Assembly: GCA_024635995.1 (NCBI GenBank)
Contig: JAGXHW010000020.1
Coordinates: 4,136-68,135, forward strand
Length of the DNA: 64,000 nucleotides
Direction: 5' to 3'
From: Clostridiaceae bacterium
Lineage (GTDB): Bacteria; Bacillota; Clostridia; Peptostreptococcales; Tindalliaceae
Shown: in pieces, positions 10,759-20,176 of the stretch
How positions within the stretch are numbered: the first letter of the stretch is position 1
How the letters are laid out: each line of letters begins with the position of its first letter
Notes under the pieces: generated by a model
Databases searched by the model: none
Seen by the model: only the letters and a program-made list of their open reading frames with translations
Told to the model about the DNA's origin: nothing
Made by a program: the position numbers and the translations under genes

Positions 10759-10960
10759 GTAGTCAAGCTACAGTCCATTACCCTTTCTTTTTTACTGTAT
10801 AATTGACATAGCGTTGTGGATTGGTGTGATCACCTACAGCTTGACTGTTTGATCGAGGCTCCAACCACATCTCTATGTCTTTTTGTTTATGAGTTAGATA
10901 ACGCTTCGACGTTTTATCTCGGGCAAGGATACATGACATAGGTGTATGTGGACCGCAACC
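10759..10960 (+). ncRNA. Putative IS110 bridge RNA in the non-coding left end
   Basis: Nested stems GACATAG/CTATGTC and TGTGG(A)TTGG/CCAACCACA enclose TGATCACCT, the hairpin ACAG-CTTGA-CTGT, and CGAG, which match the target. Transcript ends are estimated. Confidence 0.7.
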
Positions 10961-10984
10961 AAAATTCTATAAGGATGTGATTTT

Positions 10985-12151
10985 ATGATCTATGTCGGTA
11001 TTGATGTTGCCAAGGACAAACATGATTGTTTCATTACTTCCTCAGAGGGTGAAATCATCAAGGATGTTTTCACTATTCCAAACAACATCGATGGGTTCAA
11101 CTTGTTGCTGTCCTCCATTCCAGATGTTCCTAAAGTCAAAATAAGAGTGGGGCTGGAAGCGACTGGTCATTACAGCATCAATCTCATGCGGTTTATCACC
11201 GAGAACCAACTACCCCTAGTCGTCCTTAATCCGCTTCAAACCAATCTTTTCAGAAAGGCTCAAACCCTTAGAAAGAGCAAAACGGATAAAATCGATGCTA
11301 AACTCATCGCGATCATGCTGCATTCAGGCAACTTCAAACTCCACTCAGACTTATCTTACCATCTTCAGGAGCTTAAGTCACTCACACGACACAAATCAAG
11401 AATTAAGGAAAATTTGTCAAAGTACAAAGTCTCTCTTAACAGAATCCTAGTCATTATGTTCCCAGAACTTGCTGACCTGGTGTATTCACTTAATCAGAAG
11501 TCTACTTATGCCTTACTACGGGCTTTTCCGTCTAAGAATGCACTTGCCTCCGCTCATCTGACAAAACTCACAAATGTTCTTCGTCAAAATCCCCGCGGTA
11601 AATATAGCAGAGAAAAAGCCATTCTGATCAAGAAAACAGCTGCTGTATCTATTGGTTCGGATAGTCGGGCTTTGTCTTTTGAGTTGTTGCAGGTCCTCTC
11701 ATTCATCGAAACGTATACCTATGAAATCCGCAAAATTGATGATGAAATCAAAGATATCATGGACGAGATGAAAAGTCCTATCCTCTCTGTGCCAGGAATA
11801 TCCTATGGCCTTGGTTCAATCATTCTGGCTGAAATCGGTGATATTTCCAGATTCGAATCTCCCTCAAAGCTCCTGGCTTTTGCTGGCCTTGAGCCTTCGA
11901 CTTACGAGTCTGGGAAATTTATTGCAACCGGTATGAAAATGGTCAAAAGAGGTTCTCCTTATCTCAGGTGGGCTCTTTTGGAAGCTGCACGGCTGATCAG
12001 CGTAAAAGATCCTACATTCAGGTCTTATTACCTCAAGAAGAAAGCGGAAGGTAAACATCACTTTGTTGCTACTTCTCATGTTGCTAAAAAACTTGTCAGA
12101 GTTCTTCACCATTTGCTAACCCGACAGCTTAGTTTTATTCCTCAGGGTTAG
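10985..12151 (+). CDS. IS110-family DEDD recombinase/transposase
   Basis: YVGIDVAK, GLEATG, KTDKIDA (DEDD RuvC-like) and C-terminal AFAGLEPSTYESG...KRGSPYLRWAL; uninterrupted 388 aa. Confidence 0.95.
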   Translation: MIYVGIDVAKDKHDCFITSSEGEIIKDVFTIPNNIDGFNLLLSSIPDVPKVKIRVGLEATGHYSINLMRFITENQLPLVVLNPLQTNLFRKAQTLRKSKTDKIDAKLIAIMLHSGNFKLHSDLSYHLQELKSLTRHKSRIKENLSKYKVSLNRILVIMFPELADLVYSLNQKSTYALLRAFPSKNALASAHLTKLTNVLRQNPRGKYSREKAILIKKTAAVSIGSDSRALSFELLQVLSFIETYTYEIRKIDDEIKDIMDEMKSPILSVPGISYGLGSIILAEIGDISRFESPSKLLAFAGLEPSTYESGKFIATGMKMVKRGSPYLRWALLEAARLISVKDPTFRSYYLKKKAEGKHHFVATSHVAKKLVRVLHHLLTRQLSFIPQG

Positions 12152-12322
12152 TTCATCTTGCGAGATTCGACCGTGGAGTAGCTTTTCCTACTCCTACTTG
12201 GTGTGCAAACTTTACTCGTTTTGAAATCGTCAGGTTCTCTCAAAATTTCGCTTGACTTCATATAGTTAGTCTCGTTTTAATCATTACACAATCATTGGAC
12301 AAACGTACGGTATCTGTTGGAT

Positions 12323-12361
12323 AAAAGAAGTGGCTTCACCTGACACGAAACCACTTCTTTA
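12323..12361 (-). terminator. Intrinsic terminator after symporter copy 2
   Basis: AAAAGAAGTGG...CCACTTCTTT inverted repeat. Confidence 0.65.
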
Positions 12362-12378
12362 TTCATCCTACCGAATCA

Positions 12379-13977
12379 CTATTTTTGCCAAAAGAATATT
12401 TTTGCACGATCCATTGGTTCACCCTCTGCATTCACAAAAGGTTTTGGCGGATCTGATTGCTGTGTTGCCAGGGATACTGCCACCATGGCAATCAGGCCCA
12501 CAAGAGCTCCAGGGATTAATGCCATGTACAGTGCATCCCAGATCGCCCAGTCCATGTAAACTTCGCCTTCCACCAGGATGCCTATATTGGCTTCCTGTGT
12601 GTAAGGGAATATTAGAATAAAGGAAATAGCTGTGGTCACAGCACCTGCATAGAAAGAACTAATGGCACCTTTTGTGTTGGCCTTTTTCCAGAAGAACCCA
12701 AATATATAGGGCATGATAATGGTAACCAGGGAAATTGCTCCAGTAAAGACAATCAGCTTGTATACAGTGGTAAACATCAAAGCAATGCCCATAGCCACCA
12801 GAGCCACCAAAGGGATTGCCATACGCATAGCTTTAAGTTTTTGTTTCGAAGTGGCATCTTTTACAAATTTAGGATAGATGTTGTTACCGATCATGGTGGA
12901 AACAATAAGGCAATTATCGCCCACAGTACTGATAATGGCTGCTGTCAGCGCTACGATGAAGAGCACTCCCGCCCAGCTTGGCAGGAAGTTTTCTGCCACC
13001 CAGGGCAACACATATTCCGTTTGTTCGATGGGTAATTCCAGACCATAGGTAAACATGGCAATACCAATAAGTACAGGAATCATACCAAGTACTAAATAAG
13101 CCACACCACTGATCATAAAGCCGCGCACCGCTGTTTTTTCATCCTTCGCAGCCAACACACGCTGTAACAGTACCTGGCTGTTGATATCCCCCACACCCAG
13201 GGAAGCCCAGGCAGACAGATAATACATAATACCCAGCAAACCAGTATACCAGATGAATCCACCGTCTTCTGCCGCTACGGGGAACATGGCAAACGCTGGT
13301 AATTCACCCCAGTTTTCAGCATTATTAACAAAGTATTCCCAACCTCCAACTTCTCCGATAACAGTTGGAAACATAACAAAGAGTCCTGCAATGATAAGGA
13401 TAAAGCCAATGGTATCCACCCTTGAAAGAGCCCATAGACCACCAAAATAAGTAACGATGACCACCACAATGGTAGCCAGCATAGTTGCCTGCACCATACC
13501 CACACCCGTTGTCAGGTTGACTATGATCCCCAGGGCCACCAATTGTCCTCCCAGCCAGCTGGTGGCTGATAAAACCTGAATGAACAGGTAATGATCGCCC
13601 ATTCGTTCGTTATAGCGGCTGCTCATAAAATCCACTACGGTGCTAAATTTTGATTGCCGCAGCCGGTGAGCAAAGAATATTGCAACAATAAACATCATCA
13701 GCACAGGACCGAAAGGATCCCAAATAACACCCTGAAAACCCCATAAGTATGATTCGGCGGCAGCTCCCATGATTGCACCAGCACAAATCCAGGTAGCTAC
13801 AATGGAAGGCACCATAAAGGGCAGTGTCAAGCCTCTACCCGCCAATGCCAGATCATCAGATTCAACAATCCTGCTGGAATACCTGAATCCTAAATAAACA
13901 ATTGCAACCACATAAATACCTAAAAAACCCAAAATCCAGTTCGCTGATTCAAATACTGTTATCACTGATCCAATCAT
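12379..13977 (-). CDS. Sodium:solute symporter (SSS) copy 2, intact; probable polyamine-related substrate
   Basis: LAGRGL..PSIVATWICAGAIMGAA..LLQRVLAAKDEKTA; start ATG at 13977 after AAGGGG (ORF-track start at 14103 is over-extended). Confidence 0.88.
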   Translation of the reverse strand: MIGSVITVFESANWILGFLGIYVVAIVYLGFRYSSRIVESDDLALAGRGLTLPFMVPSIVATWICAGAIMGAAAESYLWGFQGVIWDPFGPVLMMFIVAIFFAHRLRQSKFSTVVDFMSSRYNERMGDHYLFIQVLSATSWLGGQLVALGIIVNLTTGVGMVQATMLATIVVVIVTYFGGLWALSRVDTIGFILIIAGLFVMFPTVIGEVGGWEYFVNNAENWGELPAFAMFPVAAEDGGFIWYTGLLGIMYYLSAWASLGVGDINSQVLLQRVLAAKDEKTAVRGFMISGVAYLVLGMIPVLIGIAMFTYGLELPIEQTEYVLPWVAENFLPSWAGVLFIVALTAAIISTVGDNCLIVSTMIGNNIYPKFVKDATSKQKLKAMRMAIPLVALVAMGIALMFTTVYKLIVFTGAISLVTIIMPYIFGFFWKKANTKGAISSFYAGAVTTAISFILIFPYTQEANIGILVEGEVYMDWAIWDALYMALIPGALVGLIAMVAVSLATQQSDPPKPFVNAEGEPMDRAKIFFWQK

Positions 13978-14113
13978 TATAAACCCCCTTACATTCTGCG
14001 TTGACGAGTAACTATTCAAAGATGATAACGTGATGTGCTTTGTTAAATTAATATCAATTAACCTAATCTTCAGAAAATTTCCGAGGCTCTTACCTCCATT
14101 CACTGTTATGTGA

Positions 14114-14344
14114 TTAACCTCCCGAGACCATGGGGTAGATTTTTACTTCAGCCCCGTTCTGAAGGACAACATTATCTGAAGCTTTTACGCCGTTAACGAT
14201 GACAAAACTGTACATATCGTCAGGTATTCCCAAAGCATCGACCAGTTCTTTCAGCTGACAGGAATCATTAAAGAGTAACACTTGATTGCGGGATCCATTG
14301 CCGTATTTCGACAATGGTCCCGCTAAAACCACGTTTATTTTCAT
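14114..14344 (-). CDS. MoaD/ThiS-family sulfur carrier
   Basis: 76 aa, IVNG motif, C-terminal PMVSGG, adjacent to AOR. Confidence 0.85.
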   Translation of the reverse strand: MKINVVLAGPLSKYGNGSRNQVLLFNDSCQLKELVDALGIPDDMYSFVIVNGVKASDNVVLQNGAEVKIYPMVSGG

Positions 14345-14347
14345 GGT

Positions 14348-16108
14348 TTATAACCCCAGTGACGCTTCTTTTTCTTTTCCAATGACACCTTCCGGTGTCC
14401 AACCTCTTAACTGATAATACTCTGCAAGCATTTTGTCAAAATCTTCCCTGGGAATTTTTTTACCCAATGTTGCGCCGGATTTCAGGGCATCGTTGAAAAT
14501 TCTGTTCGGCAAGGTATCCTGGGCTCCCGTAAACCCTTCCCGGATGTTAAATGCACGGGCTATGTTCACCACACGTTCACCAATCATATACATATCCTCT
14601 TCCGTGTAATCCTCTCCTGTGACCAGGTTAAGCACTTCCGCCATATAAGCTTCACTTGTTGCCCAGAAATCGCACAGTATCAAAGAAAATTTAACAGCGT
14701 TTGAATTTTGCATGTCCATGACAAGTTGGGCTTTACCTTCAACGGTGAAGGGATCCAAATCGCCGTAGGCTTCCATGGCAACAGGCCATGCTCTCATGTG
14801 GCAGGCTCCCCGGTCAGCAGTGGCATATGCCAAACCCATTCCCCAGGAACCTCTGGGTTCATACCCAGGAAATTCCAGGCCTTTTACCTGCATGGCAAAG
14901 TCTTCGCCACCGTACCGTTTAGCCAGCTCTCTCGTGCCCAGTCCTAATTCCTGTCCAATCCCTTCATTATGGGCAATCAGCTCAGGAACCTTCAGATAAG
15001 ATTCCACTTCACCAAACTGCAGCCCAAAATCTTTGATGCCTTTTTCAGTCAGTTCCATGGCAAAAGCAGTGGTGTTACCTGCACTAATGGTGTCAAGCCC
15101 CATATCATCACATAGATCGTTAAATTTCACCACTGCAGCTAATTCATCAATCCCACAGGAAGAACCGCAAAGAGCCAGCGTTTCGTATTCAGGACCTTCC
15201 ACCACACCCCGGTTTGTGCGGGTAAAGTTACCGCATCCCAGGGCACAGCCACCACAGGCTTTTTTACCTGCATGGGCTTTTTTCATGGATTCAGAATCAA
15301 TCTTACTGTAGCCCACAAAGGTGCCATCCTGGAAGTTATGCGTTGGAAGAATGCCGGTATTGTTTGACATTTCAACCAGCATAGGTGTACCGTCGGTATA
15401 AGCCCACAAATTATCGTCCGTCAGGGTGTCTTCTTTCATAATCTCATTGATGCGTTGAAGCGCTTCCTTTATGTTATGCACTTTTACGCCTACTCTGCCC
15501 TCCACCACAATGGCTTTCATTTTTTTACTTCCCATGACGGCACCAATACCTCCACGCCCGGCTTGTCGATAATATTCGGAGTTAATACAAGCCATGGTGG
15601 AAAGGTTTTCGCCTGCAGGACCAATGGAAAGCACTTTCGCGTCTTTCCCATATTTTTCCATCAGTAATGTTTCAGACTCATGTGATCCTTTTCCCCATAA
15701 ACCGTCAGCGGTTAAAAATTCGATGGCGTCATCTTTGATATGCAGATATCCTGGTGTTTCAAGGGATCCTTCCAGAATAACGGCATCATACCCTGCATAT
15801 TTAATTTCGTTGGCAATGTGCCCGCCGATGGAGCAGTCAAGAATGGTGCCAGTGGCAGGGGACCTGGAAATGATTGCCAATTTACCTGAACAGGGTATTG
15901 TGGTACCTGTAAAGGGAGCCGTCATTAAAATTAATTTGTTGTCGGGCGAAAAAGGGTCTGTGCCGGGTGCCAATTCTTCATAGAGATATTTAATGCCAAG
16001 TCCCTTACCTCCAATGTATTTTTTGGCCCAGTCCATGTTAAGCGGTTCGGTAGACCATTTTTTTTCAGTAAGATTAATTCGCAGAACTTTGTTTTGGTAT
16101 CCCATCAT
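14348..16108 (-). CDS. aor: Aldehyde:ferredoxin oxidoreductase (W/Mo-pterin AOR family)
   Basis: YIGGKGLG, SPATG, AGRGGIGAVMGSKKMKAI, CGGCALGC, EYET, DDMGLDTIS, RGACH. Confidence 0.92.
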   Translation of the reverse strand: MMGYQNKVLRINLTEKKWSTEPLNMDWAKKYIGGKGLGIKYLYEELAPGTDPFSPDNKLILMTAPFTGTTIPCSGKLAIISRSPATGTILDCSIGGHIANEIKYAGYDAVILEGSLETPGYLHIKDDAIEFLTADGLWGKGSHESETLLMEKYGKDAKVLSIGPAGENLSTMACINSEYYRQAGRGGIGAVMGSKKMKAIVVEGRVGVKVHNIKEALQRINEIMKEDTLTDDNLWAYTDGTPMLVEMSNNTGILPTHNFQDGTFVGYSKIDSESMKKAHAGKKACGGCALGCGNFTRTNRGVVEGPEYETLALCGSSCGIDELAAVVKFNDLCDDMGLDTISAGNTTAFAMELTEKGIKDFGLQFGEVESYLKVPELIAHNEGIGQELGLGTRELAKRYGGEDFAMQVKGLEFPGYEPRGSWGMGLAYATADRGACHMRAWPVAMEAYGDLDPFTVEGKAQLVMDMQNSNAVKFSLILCDFWATSEAYMAEVLNLVTGEDYTEEDMYMIGERVVNIARAFNIREGFTGAQDTLPNRIFNDALKSGATLGKKIPREDFDKMLAEYYQLRGWTPEGVIGKEKEASLGL

Positions 16109-16506
16109 GAGAAGGACACCTCCTTATTGGTCAATGCGTTGTGGGGACAAGATTTTACACACCAGGGATCGCCCTGACAGAGATCACATACACCCACATC
16201 TTCTTTCTTTTGAACAATCACTGATTCCGGACACACAGCAACACAAACGCCACAATTGATGCAGTCCTCTTTGGCATAATGAAGCCGGCCGCCCTTCATT
16301 TCAATGGCCCCTGTTGGACAAGCTTCAGCACAGGATCCACAAAGGATACAGACATGTCCTTCAATTACCAGGTCCTTGTTTTCATAATGGCTGCCAATTC
16401 GCAATCTTCCCAAACGAGGATTGAAAAGATCCTCGTGGGATGCCGAGCAGGCCATCTCGCACAACTTACATCCGATACATTTCTCTCTTTCAAAAGCCAA
16501 ACCCAC
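16105..16506 (-). CDS. 4Fe-4S dicluster electron-transfer protein
   Basis: CIGCKLCEMAC, CILCGSCAEACP, CINCGVCVAVCP, CDLC..CVKSCP; GTG start at 16506 after GAGGGGG. Confidence 0.9.
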   Translation of the reverse strand: MGLAFEREKCIGCKLCEMACSASHEDLFNPRLGRLRIGSHYENKDLVIEGHVCILCGSCAEACPTGAIEMKGGRLHYAKEDCINCGVCVAVCPESVIVQKKEDVGVCDLCQGDPWCVKSCPHNALTNKEVSFS

Positions 16507-16558
16507 ACGAATTCCCCCTCTTTTTTTAGGTAATCTATTTCTCAGTGACATACTGCAA

Positions 16559-17803
16559 TCACTTTATATCTTTTGCCTGTTTGTATTCAGAATCTCTTTC
16601 CTGCAGCCCATAGGGAAAATCATAATCTTCCATCAATTCCATGAATGGCTCTGGTTTAAAATGTTCAGGTCCATGTACACCGGTACCCTTCCAAACGCCC
16701 TTGGCAAGTAATTCCATCATTAACACCGGCGGAAATGCTGTTTGTGCCACAACTGCCTGAGATCCATATACTTTCATACATTGCTGATTGTCCGCCACCT
16801 GGTAAAGGTACACTTCCCTTTTCAGGCCATCCTTTTTCCCGGTAACCCAGGCTCCTGCCACAGTTTTACCTTTCATTTTGGGACCTATATAAGCCGGATT
16901 GGGCGCAGTGGCTGCCACAACATCTCTGGGTGACACTTCAACACCATTGACATTTACCTTCTCTGTGCTATGCAAACCCAATTCCCACAGATTCTTCAAC
17001 ATAGTGATAAAATCCCTGCCCAGACCAAACTTAAAGGTGACTCTCTTCAAACCTTTGTCCAAGTACCTTGGTGCCAGCAACACTTCCTCATGTTCTACAT
17101 TGACCATTTCCACCGGGCCCACCTCAGGGAGATCAAAGACTTCTTCTCCGGAGAAAGGTTCTGTTGTATACCAGCCCCGGTCCTTTTCCCAGATGACAGG
17201 AGGGTTAAGACATTCTTCAATGGTAGTCCAAATTGAAAAACCAAAGGGAACTGAATAACCTTCCACTTCCAGATTATTGCCGTCCCTGATACCTATTTCA
17301 TCCAATTCATCAAATAGGTTATCGTGGGCGTACCGGGCAAACACGTCTGCCATCCCAGGTTCAACTCCAGAACCTACCATGGCCAGCAACCCTTTCTTTT
17401 CCCACTGTTCACTTCGTTCAAACTGGTAATCACCCAGTTTAATATGCGGTTTTTCATAAGGCTGCTCCGGGTGTGGGTGTGATAACGTCATGGCCATGTC
17501 CATGTAATTGCACCCAGCTTCATAGGCTGCATCAAAAATGGTCTCGTTGAAAACCGGTTCACAACCGTTTACAACGAAATCAACCTGGTGCTTTTTAATG
17601 AGTGCCTGAATCAATTCACCGTTTCTTGCATCAACCTGTTCCACAGGGAACATCTGATCATTGTTTAGTTTTTTTTGCACTTCTTTCGCCCTGTCAAGGT
17701 TATAGTCGGATAAAACAAGCCTCTCTAAAAAACCACGTGATTTAACAATTGACGCAATCGCTTCACCAACACCGCCAACACCTATTAACAATACTCTCAT
17801 CAT
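16559..17803 (-). CDS. Saccharopine dehydrogenase-family NAD(P)-dependent oxidoreductase (carboxynorspermidine dehydrogenase-like fold)
   Basis: Rossmann LIGVGGVG, YMDMA, GVEPGMADVF, FSIWTTIEE, HEE motifs; RBS AAGGAGG. Confidence 0.85.
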   Translation of the reverse strand: MMRVLLIGVGGVGEAIASIVKSRGFLERLVLSDYNLDRAKEVQKKLNNDQMFPVEQVDARNGELIQALIKKHQVDFVVNGCEPVFNETIFDAAYEAGCNYMDMAMTLSHPHPEQPYEKPHIKLGDYQFERSEQWEKKGLLAMVGSGVEPGMADVFARYAHDNLFDELDEIGIRDGNNLEVEGYSVPFGFSIWTTIEECLNPPVIWEKDRGWYTTEPFSGEEVFDLPEVGPVEMVNVEHEEVLLAPRYLDKGLKRVTFKFGLGRDFITMLKNLWELGLHSTEKVNVNGVEVSPRDVVAATAPNPAYIGPKMKGKTVAGAWVTGKKDGLKREVYLYQVADNQQCMKVYGSQAVVAQTAFPPVLMMELLAKGVWKGTGVHGPEHFKPEPFMELMEDYDFPYGLQERDSEYKQAKDIK

Positions 17804-17819
17804 CGTCTCCTCCTTCATA

Positions 17820-17879
17820 AACAGGATTCTTAGCTTCCGGTGGAGTTTAACTCCATCCGTAAGTTAGAATGCGTTATCC
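17820..17879. repeat. Dispersed hairpin repeat, copy A
   Basis: AACAGGATTCTTAGCTTC...GTTAGAATGCGTTATCC, shared with 44741-44798. Confidence 0.8.
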
Positions 17880-17986
17880 ACATTTTGACAGGAGAATGAT
17901 TTAGGTGAAATCCCAGGGTAAATCCCGATAAGCGTCGAACATGTCAACCCCTCTCTTTCAATTTTAATTTCAATTGTTGTATGTGT

Positions 17987-18002
17987 TGCAAATTTCATAC
18001 CA
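17987..18002 (-). promoter_or_regulatory. Sigma54 (-24/-12) promoter of the dehydrogenase-AOR operon
   Basis: Minus strand TGGTAT-GAAAT-TTGCA. Confidence 0.8.
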
Positions 18003-18158
18003 TCTTTCTTCGACTAAAATGAATTTATTTATTTTTTCTGTAAAGGCTAAATATTTTGATAAATGAGCTTATATGACTCTTATTATTTTAATGATTCCAT
18101 TCTTTTCCTCTAAAATTCAAAAAAAAGAAACAACAATCTGATTTGCCAGATTTACGTT

Positions 18159-18257
18159 TCTCAAATTTGATATACGTATTGATAATTTTTCTGAATCACT
18201 TCTATTACTTTTGTTCTCATTTATGATACATGAGCAGGTTTATTCTCATATTTAAGA
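18159..18257. promoter_or_regulatory. Putative upstream activating sequences for the sigma54 activator
   Basis: TCTCA-N4-TGATA at 18159-18172 and 18215-18228; TCTCA-N4-TAAGA at 18244-18257. Confidence 0.6.
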
Positions 18258-20045
18258 CAAGTGGTGTTCAGCTAACTTTCTGTACAATGTTGCTCTGCTG
18301 ACACCCAGTTCCCTGGCGATGACCAACTTACTTTCGTGATTGCTGCCATATTCCCTGATTTTCTGCATCAGAATCTCTTTTTCAGTAGACTTTACCAGGT
18401 CCTGTAATGATGATCCTGAAAAATGTGTGCCTGGACCATCTGTCAAGTGTTGTAGTTTAGGCGGTACTGCGTCAAGTTTAATCTCGTCGGAAAACGTCAT
18501 GTTAACACCGTATTCAACTGCATTTTCCAACTCTCGCACGTTACCCGGCCACCCATACTTCATAAAAATCTGTTGTACGCTCTGAGAAAAATTCAGGATT
18601 TTTTTGTTCATGAATCCATTGTATTTTTTAAGAAAGTACCTGCTGAGCATCAGTATGTCATCTCTTCTTTCTCTCAAGGGAGGCAGGTGCAAAGGTATAA
18701 CACTAATTCGATAATACAGGTCTTCTCTGAATAGTTTTTCCTGCATCATTTCTTCCAGATTCCGATTGGTTGCTGTGATAACCCTTACATCAACCTGGAT
18801 GGTCTTGTTGCCACCAACTCGCTCAAACCTTCTGTTTTGCAGCACATGCAGCAGTTTTACCTGTAAATGAAGGGGCATATCACCGATTTCGTCCAGAAAG
18901 ATGGTACCAGAATCTGCCAATTCAAATTTTCCTACTTTGCCTTTGTCACGAGCACCTGTAAAGGCACCTTTTTCATATCCAAAAAGCTCACTTTCCAGCA
19001 ATGTTTCAGGTATGGCTCCACAGTTCACTGTGATGAACGGTCCTTTTCTCCGATCACTGACGTAATGGATGGCCCGGGCAAACAGCTCTTTTCCGGTACC
19101 ACTTTCTCCGGTGATCAGTACTGTTGAAGCACCCATGGCCACCTGCTGTGCACGCATCTTGGCTTTCTGCATCTTTTCACTTTCGCCAATGATGTCATCG
19201 AAGGTATAGGTGATGCTCATTTCGCTTAGGTTATACACCAGCTTTCTTGCTTCTACAATATCCCGAAATGAGATGACCATTCCTCTGACATGATGATCAC
19301 TCATTATCGGTTTCACTGTCACAATAAAATGAAAATAGTTGGAAGCGGTTTTGAGAATCTCTTCCTGTTCCGTATAACCTTCTCCTGTTTTCAACACATC
19401 CATGGCACCCGTACCAGGCATAACATTTTCAAGCGGCTGCTTCACCAGTTCTTCCGGTGTCTTTTTTAACAGTGCTGACGCGTTTAAATTGCAATATTCG
19501 ATGACACCCTGGCTGTCAACGGCTAACATACCTTCATGAATGGTTTCCAGGATTGTTGTCATTTCTTCCCTTGTTTGTTCCAATCGATTCATCATCATAT
19601 GTTCAGCTGCTTTTGAACCAAGAAGATCAGCCATTCGTTCAACGAATGGTTTCAACTGTTCTTTTTCAATCACCAGATGCTGTTGTTGCTCTTTGGTAAA
19701 GGCCACCAGTCCAATGACACCGATAATTCTATCGCCTGAAATGATAGGGGTGCAAATTTCTGCCAATTCCCTTCGTTTTCCTAGCCGGGTTAAAGGGTCA
19801 TAATTCATGTCCCTTAAGGCTTCCTTAACAAACACCGTCTTCCCTTCACGCAAGACACGGGCATATAAAAAATTCGACTCCAGTTTTCCCAGCTCTTCCT
19901 TTTCACCCAGTCGCTTCTCGTAGTATCCTGTTCCTCCAACGATGGTAAGTTCGTGATCTACAATTTCAGTCTCTAATCCAACAGCCAGTGAGATTGCTTC
20001 TGCCACTTGCTGTGTTGTTTCTTTAATATCAGTTAATCGAGGCAT
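18252..20045 (-). CDS. Sigma54-dependent enhancer-binding activator (GAF-like/PAS/AAA+/Fis HTH)
   Basis: [51 protein letters not shown]. Confidence 0.95.
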   Translation of the reverse strand: MPRLTDIKETTQQVAEAISLAVGLETEIVDHELTIVGGTGYYEKRLGEKEELGKLESNFLYARVLREGKTVFVKEALRDMNYDPLTRLGKRRELAEICTPIISGDRIIGVIGLVAFTKEQQQHLVIEKEQLKPFVERMADLLGSKAAEHMMMNRLEQTREEMTTILETIHEGMLAVDSQGVIEYCNLNASALLKKTPEELVKQPLENVMPGTGAMDVLKTGEGYTEQEEILKTASNYFHFIVTVKPIMSDHHVRGMVISFRDIVEARKLVYNLSEMSITYTFDDIIGESEKMQKAKMRAQQVAMGASTVLITGESGTGKELFARAIHYVSDRRKGPFITVNCGAIPETLLESELFGYEKGAFTGARDKGKVGKFELADSGTIFLDEIGDMPLHLQVKLLHVLQNRRFERVGGNKTIQVDVRVITATNRNLEEMMQEKLFREDLYYRISVIPLHLPPLRERRDDILMLSRYFLKKYNGFMNKKILNFSQSVQQIFMKYGWPGNVRELENAVEYGVNMTFSDEIKLDAVPPKLQHLTDGPGTHFSGSSLQDLVKSTEKEILMQKIREYGSNHESKLVIARELGVSRATLYRKLAEHHLS

Positions 20046-20176
20046 CTCACCACTCCTTCCCTCGCCGTATCTACTCTCACTCTCTCACCACTTCTATTCG
20101 AGGTTGCCAGTTCATTTTCCTGCACGTTTTTTAAATAAAGCATGTATTTGTCAAAAGATTTCATATTTCCTACTTA

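Larger units (their letters stand above)
10743..12272 (+). mobile_element. Complete IS110-family insertion sequence bounded by CT core dinucleotides
   Basis: CT at 10743-10744 and 12271-12272; subterminal inverted repeat AGTCAAGC (10761-10768) / GCTTGACT (12250-12257); removing the element restores CGAGGTGATAAAATG (SD plus speB start) on the minus strand. Confidence 0.85.

Noticed and set aside
10738-10768. Outward-facing IS promoter driving speB from the minus-strand TTGACT at 10766-10761
   Set aside because: No acceptable -10 at 16-18 bp spacing, and transcription would start at or inside the coding sequence.
16559-17803. Spermidine biosynthesis (CASDH/CASDC) operon
   Set aside because: No carboxyspermidine decarboxylase nearby; the context (sigma54, AOR, aminotransferases, importers) looks catabolic.
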